A stretch of 64,000 nt of DNA, taken from Octopus sinensis. Taxonomy: Eukaryota. Position 1 is the stretch's first letter. Every line of letters begins with the position of its first letter. Shown piece by piece: positions 23,761 to 37,597 of this stretch. Position numbers and translations under genes: made by a program. Below the pieces are notes generated by a model. The model worked only from the letters and a program-made list of their open reading frames with translations. It was not told the origin of the DNA and made no database searches. The DNA is taken from contig NC_043012.1 in assembly GCF_006345805.1 (NCBI RefSeq), positions 25,482,001 through 25,546,000 of the forward strand, written 5' to 3'.

Positions 23761-25547
23761 TATAGTTTACTGTAGGCTTTCATCTTGGCGCGTCGTGTTG
23801 TCTCCGCAATGTTTAATTTCAACGTACCTTAGAAACAATGCGTTGACGCTGTTTCGCTAAGAAGTTATTACTACTGAGGCTTACAAAGATCAAACTCTCA
23901 ACCGCCTGCATTTCTCTTTTGACTGAAATATTAAATATTCTTTCTTGCACATTTAACATTGGCTTTCATTAACACTAGAAGTATTAGTTTTTAGTTCTTT
24001 TATCGTTTATATTGACTAAAAATTATTCCCGGTGCCTTAACTGTATAGTCTAACGCTTTTTAAAAGTTATCTCTACAAATGTATACGAACAGTTATCTCT
24101 ACAAATGTATACGAATGCGTCTGTGTAAAGAATGCGATTGAAAACAGTAAAATAATTAATGGTTATATATGGATATATCAGGGTTCTTGTTCCTTCTTTA
24201 GTACCACATCCAAGACATTGATCATCCAAAACAAATTGCTTAAATAGTCACTAAATTTAGCGGTATAGCACAGTTGGATTTACCAATTTTACATGATAAG
24301 CAAATCCAGAGAAATGACCCGTCGACACTCGTTACATTTTCTTAGTTTTACTTTCATTGCCTATCTTCTTGTAAAGTGGGCTCAACTGTGACGTATGGTG
24401 TGTCTTGGGTAATTTTATACCTCCAAGTTCCTATATGTTTCCAAATCTGTTCAAATGGAAGAGTGGCAAACAAAAAAAAAGGATATAACAATCGACCTAT
24501 TACTGGGTTAGCACCCTATTTATTGTCGCCGAGATGATAAAAAGCAGAAGCGATGTCAGCTACATTTGAATGCAGAGTGAGCGACCTAGAACGATTACTA
24601 CAAAGCTCGAACTTCTAGCTCGAACGAAAGTTGGTCGACTTGCAAGCATTCATTATATAATACACTTACACAAAAAATTATGGTATTAACTTGCAAAACA
24701 AGCCATGTTTGTTTTGCTTACCTGATTTTACACACAGGATTTAGACCTTGCCTTGGTCGACTTTGCGAGTCACACATCGGAAGCTGGATACAATAAAGTA
24801 ACTATCATGGGCTGATATCAATTGAATCGAATCCCCTACATCTTCTCCACTCCATCTCTTACGTTGTGCCAATGTTGAAAATATATTACAACTCATAATG
24901 TTGCTGCTAAATTAGTTGTAGTGGCAGTTACTGTTCATATAGTCATTAATATGTTGCTAGCTGGTTCCATTGTTCTCTGGCCTGGCGTCTCCCTTATTCA
25001 TAACATTTACAGATGAGTCACATACACAGAAAAAAACACACACACAATAAAAAAAAACATAATATTCTAATATTTTCAAGTATTTTAATCACGCATTTAA
25101 CTATGTTTTTGTCATATTTTATCATCATTTTATTTTTATTGTCATGTTGTTAAAGATTTTTGTTATGGCTAGTTTCAAGCAGAAATTAAATTTGCTTCCT
25201 TTCGTTTTGTTTTTGTTTTTTCTTTTCATTAATTTATTTTTCTTCCATTCCTTCAAGCTTTTCATTTAAAAAATGTTCCAGACGTATAGTCCCTATATTA
25301 ATTATTGAATAGCAAATGTTTTCTGTGATTTATTTTTTATTATTTATTTAACTGGCTTACTATGTTTTGTTCTGAACATAACTTGTTTCTTTTCAATAAA
25401 TTGGAATACATAAATGTTACAAATGACTATATTTTTTAAAATCAATGGCATCAGATATAAATCTCTGTTCTTATATTTGACTTTTGTCTCTCGGTGATGC
25501 TATTTCTAGAATATTTGTAAAGTTCCTATTGTGGAAATCTGTTGACG

Positions 25548-25580
<33 letters not shown>

Positions 25581-25829
25581 TATATATATATACGTCAACA
25601 TATATATATATTGCTATATAGAATTAACTTAATTTTGGCGACGTGAATTCTTATGAACATAGTGTGATAAGATGCTTATCGTGTGATATTATATAATGTA
25701 AATGTTTGTTGAAAATCCTTTGAGAAGTTAGGTGAGAACTTAGGCTAAGTATGTTATATGACGCCAATCGATAAAAACAAAGACAAACAAGTGTTATAGG
25801 TTGTTTAATGCCACTATGATATTTCGGTA

Positions 25830-26035
25830 AAGGTTCCCCATTTGAAAGAGAAATAAAAAGAAATTAGTCAAAGAAATAATCGAAAAGTGTCTCGTTGCCT
25901 ACAGGACATTCTTGATATATTTTAGAATCATGAAAAAACATCTGCAATGTAATAAAATATATTTTCTAATTATTTTCATTTGTTCATATTCTATGATATG
26001 AATTTCTGGAAATGTTGAGCAATATTTAAATTTTG
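25830..26035 (-). mobile_element. Possible decayed hAT (Buster-like) transposase fragment
   Basis: Minus strand YYIADVFS* followed by an L*GN-like stretch loosely resembles the AYLADIF..LN.LN..LQG motif. Multiple stops; weak. Confidence 0.3.
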
Positions 26036-26091
26036 CTCAAATCTTCATCTGTATTGCGCAGTTTTTTTCAAAACTCCTTATCATTTATATA

Positions 26092-26570
26092 TAGGGTTGG
26101 CAACTAAGTTTCCGCCGTTTATTTTTTAAATTTGGGAATTTATCGAGATTTTAAATTTTGGAATCTATTTTTTTAGAGAATTCTATTTTTGAATCATTTT
26201 GGATTCTATATTGTTATCTTTTCTAGTTAATTTTATTTAATTTTTGCTCATTTTCAGATCATTGAAATGGAATGTCAAGTAAAGAAAAACGAGCATTTTC
26301 GACACCTCCTTCTTTTTGCTTTTAATCAAGGTTCTAAGGCCGCAAAAGCTGCTCGTTACATTAGTGCTGTGTATGGAGAGGATGCCACAGATGAAAGAAC
26401 CGCTCGTGATTGGTATGCCAAGTTCGAAAATGGAAATTTTGACTTCAAAGACGCACCACGTTCTGGCCATCCAGTTGTGTTCGATGAAGAGCGATTAAAC
26501 CAATATTTGCACGAAATTTCTCGCCAAACGACAAGGGAATTGGCAGAGAAAATGGAATGGTACATGACAT
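26092..26570 (+). mobile_element. 5' portion of a mariner transposon (left TIR plus N-terminal HTH of transposase), 3'-truncated
   Basis: TA-GGGTTGGCAACTAAGT left end. ORF from 26267: MECQVKKNEHFRHLLLFAFNQG...WYAKFENGNFDFKDAPRSGHP...TTRELAEKM, with the WF/Y.KF..G...L.D..RSGRP mariner motif. No DDD domain or right TIR. Confidence 0.9.
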
Positions 26571-26633
26571 TTGTCGACAAAGTGAGACGACTTTATATAC
26601 TTATCGTATATTGATATAGCATAGATTCTAACA

Positions 26634-27017
26634 CGTGGAGGCGCAATGGCCCAGTGGTTAGGGCAGCGGACTCGCAGTCGTAGGATCGCGGTTTCGAATC
26701 CCAGACCGGGCGTTGTGAGTGTTTATTGAGCGAAAACACCTAAAGCTCCACGAGGCTCCGGTAGGGGATGGTGGTGATCCCTGCTGTACTCTTTCACCAC
26801 AACTTTCTCTCACTCTTACTTCCTGTTTCTGTTGTACCTGTATCTCAAAGGGCCGGCCTTATCACTCTGTGTCACGCTGAATATCCCCGAGAACTACGTT
26901 AAGGGTACAGGTGTCTGTGGAGTGCTCAGCCACTTGCACGTTAATTCTACGAGCAGGCTGTTCCGTTGATTCGGATCAACCGGAACCCTCATCGTCGTAA
27001 CCGACCGAGTGCTTCCA
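26634..27017 (+). mobile_element. Family-C SINE, tail type 2, with perfect 11-bp TSD
   Basis: AGATTCTAACA at 26623-26633 and 27018-27028. Tail GTACCTGTA..TCAAAGGGCC...CACTTGCACGTTAATT...GGAACCCTCATCGTCGTAACCGAC. Confidence 0.92.
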
Positions 27018-28198
27018 AGATTCTAACAGTCGTTAGAGCGTTTGAATGGAGATTTAGTGAGAACCGAACTTGTGTTTACTACAAAAATGTTACCCATATA
27101 TCCTACATACTAGGTGATATTCGTGCCCCACTCTACATACTATACAGAAACTAGAGACAATCATCGACTCCAAGGAAGCAGATTTATTGGAAAAAAATGA
27201 AAATCCGAAACAGAACTTGTGCATATTAATCTGTATATTACAAATAGTACAGAAAAGCATTATATTGTTGGTAACCTTTATGTCTCATCTTATTTACTCT
27301 AGAGAAAACAGAGAGGGTCAAGCTCATGCGCCCTCTTATTTGTTTACATGATGATTTAATTCAGACATGCTATTCGGTAATGTTCAAGATCTCCGTCTCG
27401 TTATAGAAACTAAATCATCAGCAGAAATAGAATTCTACAATCTTAAGTTTAAGAAGGAGGGTTCATAAGATTATATAGTTCTCGATGTCATGTTCTTGAA
27501 ACAATAGAATTTCGAAACATTTTGTTTAAAGGATACTGCGTTATGGACATATCCTTGAGTTATACAACAAAATCAACATCAACAGCAAACTGGAAGGGCA
27601 AGAAAGAGCATCTATTTAAGTCTTTCGTTCGAAACAACAGTTCGATTTCTAGATCGATAGCTATTTATATCACACAACAAACGTCGTCAGGAAATGAAGT
27701 TCTGGCCATCACAAGCTCCATCTTCTTATCCGGCAACGAGAGTAAAAAGAGCTGATCAAATATTCTTCACTATGTCTTATCGTGAGAGGTCAGCAAGTTG
27801 ACCTATTTAGTATGTTGGTGTGCTTCGAATAAATATTTAACCATAAAAAATGTTTTAGGCTGACGTTAATTCGACGTGGTACTAAAATATTTCTTGTTAT
27901 ATCTGCTTGGCTATCATTTTTTTTTTTATTTTGTTCTTCCTTATTATTTTTGCCAAATTTACAAAATGGAATGACGAAGTCATCAAAATTTAATATTTAA
28001 ATACAAAAATAATGAAAGAAGTTCTGAACGAAAAATGAAATATTGTCTGAATTTCTTTTTTTAAAATCATGGGAAAAATAAGAGTTAAGATGGAAATGCA
28101 ATGTTTTGGCGTTTTTATTGTTCTTCAAATTGTATTTATTAATAATTATTATTATATTTTTATTTTTGAATATATAGTTATAATACTGATAGTGTCAG

Positions 28199-28230
<32 letters not shown>

Positions 28231-28550
28231 CTGCTGCTGTTATTGTGATTACTGCTGTTCTAAGCAGATTTATGACAGAGAAACGAATGAGTTATTGATT
28301 TATTCCGGCTCAGACATGAAGAATACATATTTTATAGAAATTTTTAACTTGTAATTTTGTGGCGTCGATGTCTTCTCCAAGATAATTTTCTAACGAATTA
28401 ATAGGAAAGGAAATATTTACAAATGGAAATCGAAACCATAACGTCGATTTCATTCAATAGACACTAATTAATTTCTGTGTGATATAGACAATGTTGCGAC
28501 ATTTCATTGGGAAGCAATATTGTCGTTGTTATTGTTCTCGTAGTAGTAGA

Positions 28551-28825
28551 GGTAGGGTGGCTTGGTGGTTAAGATATTCAGATCTTGAGATTGCATGTTC
28601 GGTTCCCCTGGGCGTGTTGTTACCTTGAAGAAGATACTTTGTATTTTCACGTTGCACCAGTCAACTCAGCTGAAAGAAAATGTGTTGTACCTGTAATTCA
28701 AACGGCCAGCCTTGCCAAATTCTGGCTCACGTTGAATCGCCCTGAGAAATACTCGTGTCTGTGTAATGCTCTGCCATTTGCACGTTAATTTCAAGAACAC
28801 ACTGTTCCGTTCATCGGAGTTTAAG
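28551..28825 (+). mobile_element. SINE with a different head but the type-2 tail (family E)
   Basis: TTGTACCTGTAATTCAAACGGCCAGCCTTG...TTGCACGTTAATTTCAAG..CTGTTCCGTT is shared with 26830-26970. Confidence 0.65.
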
Positions 28826-28866
28826 TGCCCACAAACACATACACACACTCACACAAATATACACAA

Positions 28867-29177
28867 GTGGAGGCACATGGCCTAGTGGTTAGAGGTGCGG
28901 ACTTGCAATCGAGGGTTCGTAGGTTCGAGTCTCAGACCAGGCGATATGCATGTTTTTGAGTGAAACAGCTCAGCTCCACGCGGTTCCTGCAGAAGGTAAT
29001 GGCGAACTTCTGCTGACTCTTTCGCCACAACTTTCTCTCACTCTTTCCTCATGCATCTAGCAGGTCACTTGCGACGGACCGGCGTCCTGTCCAGGTAGGG
29101 AAGCTATACGCCATATGAACTGGGAAACCGGCCCCTATGAACCAGACATGGCTTGAGAAGGAACAAGCAACAACAAC
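28867..29177 (+). mobile_element. Family-C SINE, tail type 1
   Basis: Close match to 17000-17304 along its length. Confidence 0.9.
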
Positions 29178-29727
29178 ACACACATATAACCTACTGAATA
29201 GATCCAGAGACCCTCAGTATAGAAGATACTTAGTAGTGCTCAAATGATTCAAATTTAGAATCCGATGTCTTTAGAGAGGATCGATTCCACGAGGTAAAGA
29301 ATGGCTATCAGACGGATCAATTTGAGCATATATTGAGACAAATATTCTGATAAACAAATTAAATGTATTAAATATAACGGGTTGTATATGAAATACAATA
29401 TATGTATATAAGTATACATGCAAAACGAGTGGAGACTTTCAGACGATAAATTTTTAAATATAAGTATATAGATATTTATGTTAACAGCTCCAACTTACAC
29501 AGAGCATATTCAGAGTACGCCAAAAACATTTATACACAATATAGGAAAGGAAAGTTCTGTGTTAATATTTTTATTCAGTGTAATTAACATTTCTTCCGAG
29601 TTATTGCAATTTGATAAAGCATTTAAAGAGGTACCTATATCTATAGAGGTACTTATGCAAGTTAAGTATTTCTACAAATGTTTCCCTTCTTCAAGTGTGT
29701 ATACATTATCTTGGCGGACTCTGTATG

Positions 29728-29760
<33 letters not shown>

Positions 29761-29787
29761 ATGCATATATATACATATATATATACA

Positions 29788-29841
<54 letters not shown>

Positions 29842-29850
29842 TATTATTAT

Positions 29851-29885
<35 letters not shown>

Positions 29886-30052
29886 TCTCTGTAACTATGA
29901 CTCAACAGTATCATAAGTAAATATGTTAGTCCAGAGATTCTCATGGAGTCAGCGAAAGATTTCAATGGACTTAGGGTAACCAGACCATACTAAATATAAT
30001 TTATATCGTTTGAAATGGCCGACACAATAGAGAAACTAGAATAACAAGACTT

Positions 30053-30433
30053 AGGTATGTGGTAAGAAGCTCGCTTCACAACCACATCATTCCGGATTCA
30101 GTCCAACTGCGTGGCACCTTAGGGAAAGTGTCTTTTACTATAGCCTCGGGCCGACCAAGGCATTGGTAGACGGAAGCTGAAAGAAGCAAGTCGTATATAC
30201 AGATATGTTTGTGCCTCTGCTTCCCCTACCACCGCTTGCCAACCGATGTTGGTGTGTTTACGTCCCCGAAACGTATCGATTCGGCAACAGAGACCGATGG
30301 ATTAAGAACGAAGCTTACAAGGAATAAGTCCTGGGGGTCGATTTCTTCTACTAAAAACCTTCAAGGTGGTGCTGCAATATGACTGCAGTCAAATGACTGA
30401 AACAGTTAAAAGAATATAAGAATGAAAGAATAA
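30053..30433 (+). mobile_element. Family-B SINE (very short internal microsatellite)
   Basis: Head, CORE-like CTGCGTGGCACCTT.GG.AAGTGTCTT, and 3' half all present. Confidence 0.88.
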
Positions 30434-30656
30434 TAAGGATACAAATAATATTCTGACATGTTTCTAAGTCAGGGGTCTAAACCGACATCAATATGCGTTT
30501 TGCTAGGTTGTTTTTTACCAGTTTGAAGCAACAAAATAATGCGATAGAAAGATTCCGTATGACGCATGCTTCCGTTCTTTAAGATGAATACTTCCGTTTT
30601 TTAAGATAGTATCTCCATCTAATTAAGGGGCAATGCCGTATACTACATACAACACT

Positions 30657-31172
<516 letters not shown>

Positions 31173-31435
31173 GTAGTTTGTAGTGCTAAGTGCATGGTAT
31201 GATTGCGGGTGTGAGTTTAGTTTTCCGTTCCTACTATCTTTATTAACGACTGTAAATTCTGCGGTTTTCACATCAACGATTTGGTCAGCATACTCGATTT
31301 GTAACAAACAATGTTATTGCTACTACAACTATTTTTACTGTTCTCTATATGAAAGTATGAACAGGAAGAAATCGATAGTGGTTCCATGAAAGTATTGCAG
31401 TAGATAACCACAATTCTTTCCTAAATCTATTGTTA

Positions 31436-31480
<45 letters not shown>

Positions 31481-31482
<2 letters not shown>

Positions 31483-31668
31483 CGAGGGATTGCCGAAAAC
31501 TTCCTGGCTTTGTGTAAATGAAAATAATGGAACATCAGTTAATTATGATTTTATTCCGCTCTGACTTTCACACACTTATTGGACATGTCCTTCAGTCTTT
31601 CTAAGCCCGGTAAAAGAACCCGGAAGTTGGCGACTGCAACCACGTCATTCGTGAAAACCCTTCGCATA
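31481..31668 (-). mobile_element. Mariner-derived MITE, copy 4
   Basis: TA-CGAGGGATTGCCGAAAACTTCCTGGCTTT end. Interior is the reverse complement of copies 1 and 3. Confidence 0.7.
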
Positions 31669-31813
31669 TATATATAAAGTGAACTGTGAGAATTCTTAGG
31701 CAAAATGTTTAGCATTGATTTGAGGGTTCGATTCTGTCTGAGGTTAGTTCATTCTTTTTCGGTCATTTTTTTTTGGTATTTAAAAATCGTCACTTTAAAT
31801 AGGAGAATAAATA

Positions 31814-32193
31814 TTATTACTTCCGCCTCAGCGAAGGCGGTGGTATTGTTTTTTTTTCAGTGGTGTTTGTTTGTTTGTTTGTCCGTGGACAAGATATCTC
31901 AAGACCGCTGGATGGAGTCAGATGAAACTTTCAAGGATGATTGGCCTCGTGACTGTCAGGAACTGATTAGATTTTGGTATCGATCCATTACTGGACAAGG
32001 ATTCTGAATTATTTTTCCTTTTTTCTTTGTTTTACTTAATTTGTGAGAGCGGTCGGGTTCATTTTTAGTATTTTCGTTTGTGAGAGCAGTCGAGTTTCTT
32101 TCAGATATTCTTATTTCAAAAACCATCTCCGGCTAATCGTTGAGAGGACGTTGGTGTTACAATGGCGGAGTATTTGCGCTCTCTAAGTGCTTC

Positions 32194-32195
<2 letters not shown>
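31814..32195 (+). mobile_element. Non-autonomous Helentron-associated element (HINE/DINE-1-like)
   Basis: 5' TTATTACTTCCGCC with CCGCCT/AGGCGG hairpin, (TTTG)n tract, 3' subterminal inverted repeat TGGCGGAGTA, terminal hairpin GCGCT-CTCTA-AGTGC, then TTCTA; T-rich insertion site. Confidence 0.75.
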
Positions 32196-32244
<49 letters not shown>

Positions 32245-32248
<4 letters not shown>

Positions 32249-32315
32249 TAGTTTTATTTTTATAGCGTGCTTTCACTTCACTACCGAGCGCAGCTCTGTG
32301 TGCCTTGGGTATGTG
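32245..32315 (-). mobile_element. Possible L2-type 3' tail remnant
   Basis: Minus strand GAGCTGCGCTCGG...GAAAGCACGCTATAAAAATAAA followed by (AAT)n. Confidence 0.35.
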
Positions 32316-32734
32316 CTGGGTATTATTATTATTATTATTTTATTATTATACAGTTATTATATTACGAACCTTCCCTAGTAGCGTTCTCTCTGTGACTTAT
32401 AAAGCCTTTCGCGTTTCTTTATGTGTGTGTGAGTGTGTATGTATGTATGGTATGTATGTATGTGTGTGTGTGTGTGTGTGTCTGTGTGTCTGTGTGTGTT
32501 CGAGAAAAGGCAAAGATCGAGAGAGTTACTTATTGCTGTGGTGAATAAACTACGCTCCAACCACGTTCGTTATTCTCTTTCGCACCGTTCGTCACAGTAC
32601 AGACATATATAAATATGTATATACCTGTATGAATGTGTAAGAGTACGTGTATATTTTTATATATATATACATATATATGGATGGGTGCACATATCGTGTG
32701 TGTCTGAGATATCTGTGTGGTCTGATATATATAT

Positions 32735-33035
32735 ATAAAGTTAATCCAAACAAGAAAACAAAAAGACAACAACGCAAGGATGTGGAACAAATAAAGTATT
32801 ATTGGACGCTCAGGAAAGAAGGGAAGAAGGCGGGTTTGACGTTTCGAGCGGAGCTCTTCGTCGGAAACATAGGAGAAAGAAAGATCCCGAGACGGGAGGA
32901 CAGAGGAAAAAAAATTGCAGGTAGTTTTCACGAGGTCACATACTAAAAAGACGGAAGTGGTGAAAAAGGAGGAAAATGTTTTTAAAAACAAGAGAGCTGA
33001 ATCAAAGAAGGAATGGTAAAAATCTTGTGCGAGAT
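32735..33035 (-). mobile_element. Penelope-like pseudo-LTR, second copy, with hammerhead motif (32834-32868)
   Basis: Minus strand GTTT-CCGACGA-A-GAGC-TCC-GCTC-GAAAC-GTC-AAAC; homologous to 11760-11963. Confidence 0.7.
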
Positions 33036-33039
33036 GACA

Positions 33040-33698
33040 AGGGTGTGTGTGTGAGTGTGTGCGTGTGTGTGTATGTGTGTGTATGGTGGACAATGGCTAG
33101 TAGCAGGCAGTAGTAGAATTAAAGGAGTGGCGTGGGAGTACCCTAGCAAGTCAGAAAGGCAAGTCAGAAACAGGGAGGTATATGTGTGTGCGTGTATATG
33201 TATCGTGTGTGTGTTTTGTTGTAGTATGTGTGTGTGTACGTGTGCGTTTTTTGTGTGTATGGCGAGTAACTGTGCTTAACTTAGTGTATGTATGCGTGTG
33301 TGCTTGTACGTGCGTGTGTGTGTATATATACGTATGTATAATTGTGTGCGTGTATGTATGTGTGTGCGTGTATGTATGGTTGTGTGCCGTATGGGATGTA
33401 TGTGTGGGTTCATTTGTGTGTGTGTGCGTGTGTATGTATGTGCGTGTAGTTGTGTGTGCGTGTATGTGTGTGTGTAAGCGTAAATGGATGTATATGCATA
33501 TATCCGTGAGGTTGTGAGTTTCTTTTTGCGCCTGTGCGTGCGTATGTGTGCGTATGTATGCGTGTGTCTGTGCTTATATGTGTGTACGTGTGTGTATGTG
33601 TGCGTGCGCGTGGAGGTATATGTTGTGTGTATGTATATGTATCGGTGTGTATGTGAATTAATGTGTGTTTGTACGTGTGTATGTGTGTGTGCGTGTAT

Positions 33699-33736
<38 letters not shown>

Positions 33737-33800
33737 ATATATTATATATATATATAATATATATATATATATCATATATATATATATATATATCATATAT
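33040..33800. repeat. Long cryptic (GT)-rich array followed by (TA)n
   Basis: Direct reading. Confidence 0.9.
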
Positions 33801-34551
33801 TTTTAAAGTTAATCAAGATAACCTGTTCTAGTGAAAATTCGAAAAAAATATTTCATGAAACAAGACAGAAGAAAATATATGTAAACTGACTCGAATGTTT
33901 AGGAATCTCTGCAATATTTCGATTTACTCAAATATCTAAAACATATGAGGATTAAAATAGAAAAATCATAAAAAGAATAAAATAAATGAAAGAATTAAGC
34001 GGAACTTCAAGAATAGAAGACTTTATGTAAATGTTCGAGGTTTGAGGTGGGGCTAGCAGGAAGAAGGAAATATTTAAAAAAATAGATGTATAAATAGAAT
34101 ATGCAGTGAAACAAAAAGAGAAGTTGAAAATCTGTAATGCTAAAGAAATTCTATTTGGAATAGCAAATCGTTTGTTTTGTTTGTTGTTTAAGATTTAATC
34201 GATTAAATCATTTAGAAAAGAGAGGGTAATATTTAGTTTTTGGGCCTTTGAAATTATCTATACGTTGTTATTGGTGATAAAGATGATTTATAATATAGAT
34301 ATATAAATAAAATTTATGATATAGTTATATAAATAAATATAAGAAATTTTTCTGAGATATATAAATAGCAAATTATATCGTTGTCGATACTTGGCGGCTA
34401 GAATGTTTTATCGACCTCGAAATGCAGAGAAGGACAGTTGTCCATGGTTTTTGAATACAGCAAGTGAAGAACCTGCACAAAAGTGCAAAGCTCATATACG
34501 CAACCGCTAACGATTTTGAAAATCAATTAAGTTAAATAATAATAATGATGA

Positions 34552-34616
<65 letters not shown>

Positions 34617-34618
<2 letters not shown>

Positions 34619-34686
34619 TGTCTTTTGAGGTCTTTGGGTGAGATTTGGAGCCAACTTGTACAAATGCAAAGCAAAAGTCAAACATA
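34617..34686 (+). mobile_element. R4/Dong-like 3'UTR stub (subfamily delta) between (TAG)n and (TAA)n
   Basis: GGGTGAGATTTGGAGCCAACTTGTACAAATGCAAAGCAAAAGTCAAACATA matches the 3' ends at 42638 and 44149. Confidence 0.8.
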
Positions 34687-34732
34687 AGATTATAATAAAG
34701 ATAATAAAAATTATAATAATAATAATAATAAC

Positions 34733-34788
<56 letters not shown>

Positions 34789-34814
34789 TAATAATAATAA
34801 TAATAATAATATTC

Positions 34815-34940
34815 CTTTTAGGAGAGGGGACTAGTCGATTACATCTACCTCAGTATGTAACTTGTAGTTAGTTTATCGACTCCGAAATGGATGAAAGGTA
34901 AAGCCGTTCCCGGTGGAGTTTGAACTCAGAACATAACCAC
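34815..34940 (-). mobile_element. Family-A SINE, partial
   Basis: TTTATCGAC.CCGAAA.GGATGAAAGG...GAGTTTGAACTCAGAAC. Confidence 0.75.
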
Positions 34941-35324
34941 CGCTGTTCCTTTCAAGGGAAATGATACGATCTCAACCTTGCACCATGTGCCCTAGGGCTA
35001 AATAAAGATCAAAAGCAAACAGCACGCAACCTTGAATAATATATTACGCTGACTTCTTTCAACGAACCCCTTTGTCATATTTGTTTCAACTTAATCGCAA
35101 ACGCAGCAATAGCTGTGAACCAGTCACTTACTCTTAGGCAAATTACATCTCATCTCATCTGATTTTAATAGATGAGATGAACCACTGCATTAAAAGTTAT
35201 TTCTATATGACAACCAGAATATGGAAGACAGCAATGCAGATTTTAAAATGTTAAGATACGTTTTGCTGGAGTTTGCAGATATAACATACGTTCAACAAGT
35301 GAATGATATATATTTCCTTATTTA

Positions 35325-35420
<96 letters not shown>

Positions 35421-35775
35421 GCATCCGTAGGTCACCACAAGCCATGGATCTGTGCCCGAAGAAATCGTGTCAGCTGCTGATGGTGACACAGTGACGTTGC
35501 TGTATAGGCCCACACGGGAGTGACAGTCAGACATATAGCGACTGCATTTGAAAGAGCTCTTTGCCGGTGCTACTGATTTTTCCGTTCCGTGGAGTGCGCT
35601 TTTCTTTGGGTGGCGAGTTCCTGTTTTTCTAACCCTTTCGCAGTATTTGTCTCCAGTGTAGTCGATTATTTGCGACCACCTCATATCTCACGACGTCCTG
35701 ATCAAGCGACTTGATGTCCCCCTTACGGACGACATTGAAATGAAGAGGGGGGTCATCATCATGCTCATGTGCCGG
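35421..35775 (-). mobile_element. RTE-clade LINE 3' fragment with (CTA)n tail
   Basis: Minus strand HFNVVRKGDIKSLDQDVVRYEVVANNRLHWR, then FKCSRYMSDCHSRVGLYS (C..C.R.C.SRIGL.SH motif); abuts (TAG)n 35326-35420. Confidence 0.75.
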
Positions 35776-36369
35776 TGGCCTGTATGTGTGTGTGTGTAAG
35801 TTCTTCAGTTTTTAAAAAATCTTTGCTACCGTGGCTACGGCCAGGTATACAGAGTGCTTTGGGACCTATACAACTTTCTTTTCTTTATTTCTGTAAAAAC
35901 TATACGTTAATATAGAAGACACGTGTTAAACAAGCTAAATAATCGGTTGTGATCGTTCATATCTTCCAATTACTAATGCCCGCAGTCCCTAGACTCGAAT
36001 GACAAAAAAGTAAATAAAACTTAAGTTCTTTTTTTTTTTCTTTCTTGACATTTTATCCAACAAGACATCAATTACGGACGACAAAGGAGGCCTGGATAAG
36101 AATTAATAAACACATAATATAGCTTAGAAATTTAGCAATTTCGAATCCGAAATAACGGTTTACACTGACTTGATAATAGAGATAAAAGGCTTAAAAGTTG
36201 AAAATTGTAAACAAAAAAAAAAAATGAATAAAAATTGGAAACAAAATATTTTCTGTGAAAATGAAACCACACCAGCACAAATAACAGGAAAAAACAAAAA
36301 GACGTCGGCAGGAAACTGGAGATGGAAATCGTGAGAAAAATAAAGTTCGCAAGTCCGTGTTTAAAATTG

Positions 36370-36900
<531 letters not shown>

Positions 36901-37286
36901 CACTGAATCACATCTAATATAAAGATATCACGAAAAGTCAAATTTACTGCGGCATTCAGCGAGAGATACTATCTCTTATGGATGTAATATCTCCAGGGGA
37001 ATATTGCAGTAAATTTGCATTTTTGTATGTGTTATCGTTCGATATGATATGCAGGTATCTATTTCAATCTAATGTTGCTTCTATTGTATAATATTCATTT
37101 CTTGAACGCATAAACATGATGGCGACGAAGTGTAGACAATTGGCAGGATGGATACTGTGGTCTTTCAGGCCAACAAGATTTCCTCTTTCGATTTGCATAA
37201 TCTACATTGGAAATCTACTTGGCTTTTTTCTATTGTGGCTTTTATCCCAATAATCCTTAATGCTTGATCTTCTGCAGGCTTTTCTA

Positions 37287-37515
37287 CAGGCGACGACCTG
37301 GCGGAAACGTTAGCACGCCGGGCAAAATGGTATTTCATCTGTCTTTACGTTCTTAATTCAAATTCCAGCGAGGTCGACTTTGACTTACATCCATTCAGGG
37401 TCGATAAATCAAGTACCAGTTACGCACCGAGGCCCATGTAATCGACTTATTCCCTTCGTCTGACCATATTAGTCCACTCTGTGTGTAGCCCCTTGTGGGC
37501 AGTAAAGAAATAAGA
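37287..37515 (+). mobile_element. Family-A SINE
   Basis: Family-A blocks and CCCCTTGTGGGCAGTAAAGAAATAAG tail. Confidence 0.88.
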
Positions 37516-37519
37516 ATGT

Positions 37520-37597
<78 letters not shown>

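Noticed and set aside
24065-24115. 26-bp tandem duplication AGTTATCTCTACAAATGTATACGAA
   Set aside because: Simple local duplication with nothing inserted between the copies; no further structure.
27620-27700. CTGACGA...GAAA on minus strand
   Set aside because: No stem III or stem I can form.
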